From an uncultured virus (IMG/VR IMGVR_UViG_3300032225_002203) (lineage: Duplodnaviria; Heunggongvirae; Uroviricota; Caudoviricetes), in IMG/VR virus record IMGVR_UViG_3300032225_002203: a stretch of 20,000 nucleotides of DNA; one strand, written 5' to 3'. The notes beneath the pieces are model-generated. The model did not search any database. It was not told the DNA's origin and was given only the letters and a program-made list of their open reading frames with translations. How positions within the stretch are numbered: the stretch's first letter is position 1; each line of letters begins with the position of its first letter. A program made the position numbers and the translations under genes. Shown one piece after another: positions 16,266-20,000 of the stretch.

Positions 16266-17374
16266 TAGAATACTAAATGAAATTGGCTAATATCATTAGT
16301 ATCAGAATTTTTAGGAAGTTTTTCTTTAAGTTTATTTAAAGGAACTGAACATAAATCAGATATCATTTCCATAAGGTCTGTTCTTGAACCAACAAAGTCA
16401 TAACAACCTGTTCTATTCTTAACATAACACTTATGTCCGTTCCAAGTCATATCATAATATTCGCTATAACCATTGTATATCAACCAGTTTCTTATTATTT
16501 CAGACTCTTTTTTTATTAAGTCAACTGAAATATACATTTTCTTTGTTTTACCATTTACAGAGAAGTATGAGTAATATTCTTCCGAATAGCCTTCACTATC
16601 TAACTCTAGGTCATCTTCAAAATCATCATCATTTGAAAGGTCATAAGGATCTCTTTCAACTGGAAGTGTTTCCCAATCAATTAAACAAACTGCTTTACAA
16701 AGTCTTTGCAAGAAGTCAATATTTTGATATTCACTTGTTGTGTGTTCATGCATATAACCAACTGAAATATTAGTACACTCTGGTACAATATCCATAAATT
16801 GAGCTGAATCAGTTAAAACACCAGTATCATCTGGTTCTAATTTTAGTCTTTGACCGGTACCATTTAATCTAAAGGATAACTCATCAGCAAATTCATCAGA
16901 ACAACAACGACCGTACCATTGATGTGTAATAACCGAACAATCACTTCTTCTATCAAATGAGACAACTTTTGTAATAGTGTAACTGAATTCACTATTAACC
17001 CAATTTTGTGCTAATTTTCCAGAACCAACACAACCAACTTCTTCACCAATAAAGAAATAATAAAGACCAGGTACTTTATTCTCAATCATATTAAGAACAA
17101 CAACCATTCCTGCTTTATCATCAGCACCTAAAATTGATTTACCATCAGTTTTGATTATATTTTGTGTTTGAACATGATTTACTTTAACTTGTTTAGAACA
17201 AGCTGTGTCTAAGTGGCAAGTAAACATAGTTGTTGGATTTTCACCTATAAGGTAGTAGTAATTACCATAGGCATCCTTTTTATATCCAACTGGTAAATAG
17301 GATTGTAAAAATCCTTCTGTACCATAAGGGTATGTGTAGCGGGTAAGTTGTAGAAACTTTCTTCGTATTCTCAT
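16265..17374 (-). CDS. M28/M20-clan zinc metallopeptidase with a C-terminal extension
   Basis: FTCHLDT, LGADDKAG, GEEVGCVGS, SFDRR, TDSA, NISVGYMHEHT, then an acidic linker and a ~110-aa C-terminal domain. Confidence 0.9.
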   Translation of the reverse strand: MRIRRKFLQLTRYTYPYGTEGFLQSYLPVGYKKDAYGNYYYLIGENPTTMFTCHLDTACSKQVKVNHVQTQNIIKTDGKSILGADDKAGMVVVLNMIENKVPGLYYFFIGEEVGCVGSGKLAQNWVNSEFSYTITKVVSFDRRSDCSVITHQWYGRCCSDEFADELSFRLNGTGQRLKLEPDDTGVLTDSAQFMDIVPECTNISVGYMHEHTTSEYQNIDFLQRLCKAVCLIDWETLPVERDPYDLSNDDDFEDDLELDSEGYSEEYYSYFSVNGKTKKMYISVDLIKKESEIIRNWLIYNGYSEYYDMTWNGHKCYVKNRTGCYDFVGSRTDLMEMISDLCSVPLNKLKEKLPKNSDTNDISQFHLVF

Positions 17375-17399
17375 TAATATAAATTATATGTGTATTCGA

Positions 17400-17431
17400 C
17401 AAATATACAAAACTTATTAACAATTTACAAA
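17400..17431 (-). promoter_or_regulatory. Bacteroidota-type promoter TTTG-N20-TATATTTG
   Basis: -33 TTTG at 17431-17428 and -7 TATATTTG at 17407-17400, 25 nt before ATG 17374. Confidence 0.75.
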
Positions 17432-17962
17432 TTATTCAGAATCTTTATTGAAAATATCATCAATTTTTTTATTACGAATGTAAGATTTTGATAAATTTTC
17501 TAAGTTTGAAGTCCATCCGGATATTTTATCAGTTATTGAATATTCATTATGATAGTTATCTCTTGATTCAATTTTTACATGATAATCATTTACATCTTCT
17601 GATGATTTATAATGATACTCTTTGGCTAATATTATATAGTCAATGTTTAATTTATCAATAATTTGTTTATATTCTATTATTGAAGAAACACTTAAATGCC
17701 AAAAATCAAACACTAATAAATCAACTCTAAATAAATTACCTTTATTATTTAATATTTCAGTAAAATCTTCAATATTATTGAAATTTATTTTAGGATCCAT
17801 CAAATACTTTAAAGTGGTAGCTGTAGAATTTGAATTTCTTGGTTTACAAAATAAGACAGGATTTCTACCCTCCATATCTAAGAAGTCAACTATTTTCTTA
17901 ACAGCGTAAGAAACATCTGAAGGGTTACCGGTGATATAATTACACCTTTTTATTTCTATCAT
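17432..17962 (-). CDS. Hypothetical protein, possibly an inactive RecA/P-loop fold
   Basis: NYITGNPSDVS where a Walker A would lie, DLLVFDFW Walker B-like, C-terminal IRNKKIDDIF. Confidence 0.75.
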   Translation of the reverse strand: MIEIKRCNYITGNPSDVSYAVKKIVDFLDMEGRNPVLFCKPRNSNSTATTLKYLMDPKINFNNIEDFTEILNNKGNLFRVDLLVFDFWHLSVSSIIEYKQIIDKLNIDYIILAKEYHYKSSEDVNDYHVKIESRDNYHNEYSITDKISGWTSNLENLSKSYIRNKKIDDIFNKDSE

Positions 17963-18341
17963 TTATATTCTTTTTTGTTACATCAACTAAATAGTTGAAT
18001 TTATAAAGAAATCTTCTACCTATTAAAACAGGATATCTCATATTTTTTCTATCTGTCAAAGATACATAAAATTTATATATTGAATCACCTATTATCATTT
18101 TAGTTAATATGGAAAATCTTTTTTGAACTTTACCAAATGAATTTTTAACACTAATCATTTTAAATTTATTATAAAAGAACTCATCTGAATCTATTTTAAA
18201 ATATAATATACCATCTTCATATCTTATATCGTCAACATGAAGTGCAACACCGTAAGCACCTGTATCAATCTTTGCTTTTATATTTCCTATTTTAAGTTCT
18301 GGAAAAGATATATTTTCACTTCTTCCTACTTTTTTCTTCAT
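17940..18341 (-). CDS. RimK-associated retropepsin-like protease ('ATP-dependent zinc protease'/RimB family)
   Basis: VGRSENISFPEL, IKAKIDTGA, VKNSFGKVQKR, LTDRKNMRYPVLIGRRFL. Confidence 0.9.
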   Translation of the reverse strand: MKKKVGRSENISFPELKIGNIKAKIDTGAYGVALHVDDIRYEDGILYFKIDSDEFFYNKFKMISVKNSFGKVQKRFSILTKMIIGDSIYKFYVSLTDRKNMRYPVLIGRRFLYKFNYLVDVTKKNINDRNKKV

Positions 18342-18372
18342 TTTTACAAAAAGAGATTTTTTTATATATAAA

Positions 18373-18399
18373 CTTATATGATTCTTATTAATAAAGTTA
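18373..18399 (-). promoter_or_regulatory. Variant middle promoter TAAC-N17-TATAAG upstream of the protease gene
   Basis: Same 17-nt spacing as the AAAC-N17-TATAAT sites; overlaps the start of the divergent gene. Confidence 0.4.
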
Positions 18400-20000
18400 C
18401 ACCATTTGCAAACGAGACATTTCGAAAAGATTTAATCGAATGTATTTTACACAATATTGATATTCCCTTTATATCAAATATAATAGTTTTTTATAACAAT
18501 TCAAATATTGAAATACCTAAACACAGTAAAGTTAAACTAATAATTAAGAGTAACTATACAGATAAAGATATAATTGACTATTGTAAACTAATATCAAATG
18601 AGGAAGTTTTTATATTTTCAAATCCATTTATAAAATTTAATAACACACTAATAAATTTAGAAAAACCAATAAAATCTGTAATTAAATTAGGAGATGATTG
18701 TTTTATATTTGATAGAAATGAAATACTAATAGGAGATTCAGTTGAAAGTATATTCAAAATAACAAAATCAAATAGCAAAATATTAATTGATAGAAAACAT
18801 ATATGGACTGAAGAAATTAAAAAAGTATCATCAAAATTTATTTTAGAAAAAGCATCTATCAGAAAAATAGACGTTGTGATAGTATCAGTTGATTATAATG
18901 ATTTTCTATCTGTAACTCTTGAAAAAATATCAGCTATGATGAATATAACAGTTGTTACTTCATCAAATGATATTATATGTCAAGAAATATGTAAAAAATA
19001 TGGTGCTAATTGCGTAGTAACTGACAGAATGTATGAAAATGGTTCTATTTTCAATAAAGGTAAAGCCATAAATGAAGGCTTAAAATCAATTGCGGATCCT
19101 GATTGGATTTTACTGTTAGATGCTGATATTTATCTAAAAGATGATTTTTTAGATGTTGTAAAAAAGTCAAATATAAATAAAGAAAGTCTTGTAATATGCA
19201 AAAGATTAATAATAGATAATGCAGAAAATTTTGAAAAATGGAAAAATGGTGAAAAAGTAGGCAGAATGGAAAGAGCTAAAGGATTTGGCTATTTTCAAAT
19301 GTTTAATTTTAATTGTTTTTCAAATAGTAATTTTTTATACTCAGAAAAATACGAAGACGCAAGTTATAGTGATTTAGAATTCAGAGATAGATTTAAAATA
19401 AAGAGAGAATTGGACACTTATGTAGTACACTTAGGTGAAACAAATCAAAACTGGTCAGGAAGAATATCAAAAATATTTTCAAATGATACTAATAATTTAG
19501 TTTTTTCCTTACTAAAAGATTTACAATTTTATAATAGAAGTGAAATACAATATAAGAATGATGTAAAAGACGATAATCAATTTATTATACATGTAACATC
19601 TTTATACAAAGAAAATGATGATGACTACAACAGAAGATCGATTTTGGCACAATCTACTTGGAAAAAACTTTATGAAAATCAAAAAATTATACCAATGATT
19701 ATAAATGAAAGCGTGTATAATAAAAATATACCAAAAATAAAAGACTTATTTGAAAATGGATATAATATGTGTTTGAATGATAGTGATATAATAATGTACA
19801 CAAACTCTGATATATGTTTAACTGAAGATTTATATCAAAAAGTAGTAGAATCTTGCAATAAGTATAACTGTACTTTTTCTTTTAGAAAAGATTTTTTATT
19901 TAAATTAGATAGACCTATGAATAAAATAATGATTGAGAAGACTAACTATTCAGGGGGAAATATATATCCAGAGGGTGCTGATTTATTCGCAGTTACTAAA
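18378..20000 (+). CDS. Multi-domain GT-A-fold glycosyltransferase (3' end outside the window)
   Basis: Absent from the ORF track. Hand translation is open from ATG 18378 to 20000 (541 codons): KIDVVIVSVDYNDFL, FNKGKAINEG, WILLLDADI, GYFQMF, HLGETNQNWSGR, then a further domain with IMYTNSDICL and GADLFAVTK. Confidence 0.88.
   Translation, partial: MILINKVTPFANETFRKDLIECILHNIDIPFISNIIVFYNNSNIEIPKHSKVKLIIKSNYTDKDIIDYCKLISNEEVFIFSNPFIKFNNTLINLEKPIKSVIKLGDDCFIFDRNEILIGDSVESIFKITKSNSKILIDRKHIWTEEIKKVSSKFILEKASIRKIDVVIVSVDYNDFLSVTLEKISAMMNITVVTSSNDIICQEICKKYGANCVVTDRMYENGSIFNKGKAINEGLKSIADPDWILLLDADIYLKDDFLDVVKKSNINKESLVICKRLIIDNAENFEKWKNGEKVGRMERAKGFGYFQMFNFNCFSNSNFLYSEKYEDASYSDLEFRDRFKIKRELDTYVVHLGETNQNWSGRISKIFSNDTNNLVFSLLKDLQFYNRSEIQYKNDVKDDNQFIIHVTSLYKENDDDYNRRSILAQSTWKKLYENQKIIPMIINESVYNKNIPKIKDLFENGYNMCLNDSDIIMYTNSDICLTEDLYQKVVESCNKYNCTFSFRKDFLFKLDRPMNKIMIEKTNYSGGNIYPEGADLFAVTK

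Noticed and set aside
14599..18778. ORFs 14599-14802(+), 16543-16773(+), 17643-17909(+) and 18578-18778(-)
   Set aside because: All are antisense to confidently assigned genes; the last lies within the glycosyltransferase ORF.
1..20000. Stop-codon reassignment (as in some large Bacteroidota phages)
   Set aside because: Genes are full-length in the standard code. Of 22 visible stops, 21 are TAA, one is TGA and none is TAG, which AT bias can explain; no in-frame TAG or TGA was seen interrupting conserved genes.
1..20000. tRNA, CRISPR array or structured ncRNA
   Set aside because: Intergenic gaps are at most about 130 bp, AT-rich and accounted for by promoters and terminators; no cloverleaf or repeat-spacer pattern was seen.

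Overview
AT-rich, densely coding window with genes on both strands that reads as part of a large (jumbo/huge) dsDNA phage genome. The host is most likely in the Bacteroidota: there are three TTG-N19/20-TAnnTTTG promoters, and leaders are A-rich without Shine-Dalgarno sites. It carries nucleotide-metabolism, replication and repair genes: class Ia nrdA (runs off the left edge), a gp41/DnaB-like helicase, a DinG/XPD-like Fe-S helicase, only the N-terminal half of a family B DNA polymerase, thyA and a NEIL1-like glycosylase. It also carries two HAD phosphatases, a 2H phosphoesterase, DUF4326, an M28 peptidase, a RimK-associated retropepsin-like protease, a multi-domain glycosyltransferase (runs off the right edge) and several hypothetical or membrane proteins. 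Main observations: (1) three upstream motif classes that sort by gene function (host-type TAnnTTTG; WAAC-N17-TATAA before replication/repair genes; WATATATA before putative late genes); (2) four proteins with an N-terminal peptide resembling the T4 capsid-targeting sequence; (3) a split PolB that stops at the fingers domain; (4) a glycosylase resembling metazoan NEIL1 but with an altered lesion-probing loop; (5) two unusual insertions near NrdA catalytic elements. All family calls come from motif recognition by eye; no searches were run.
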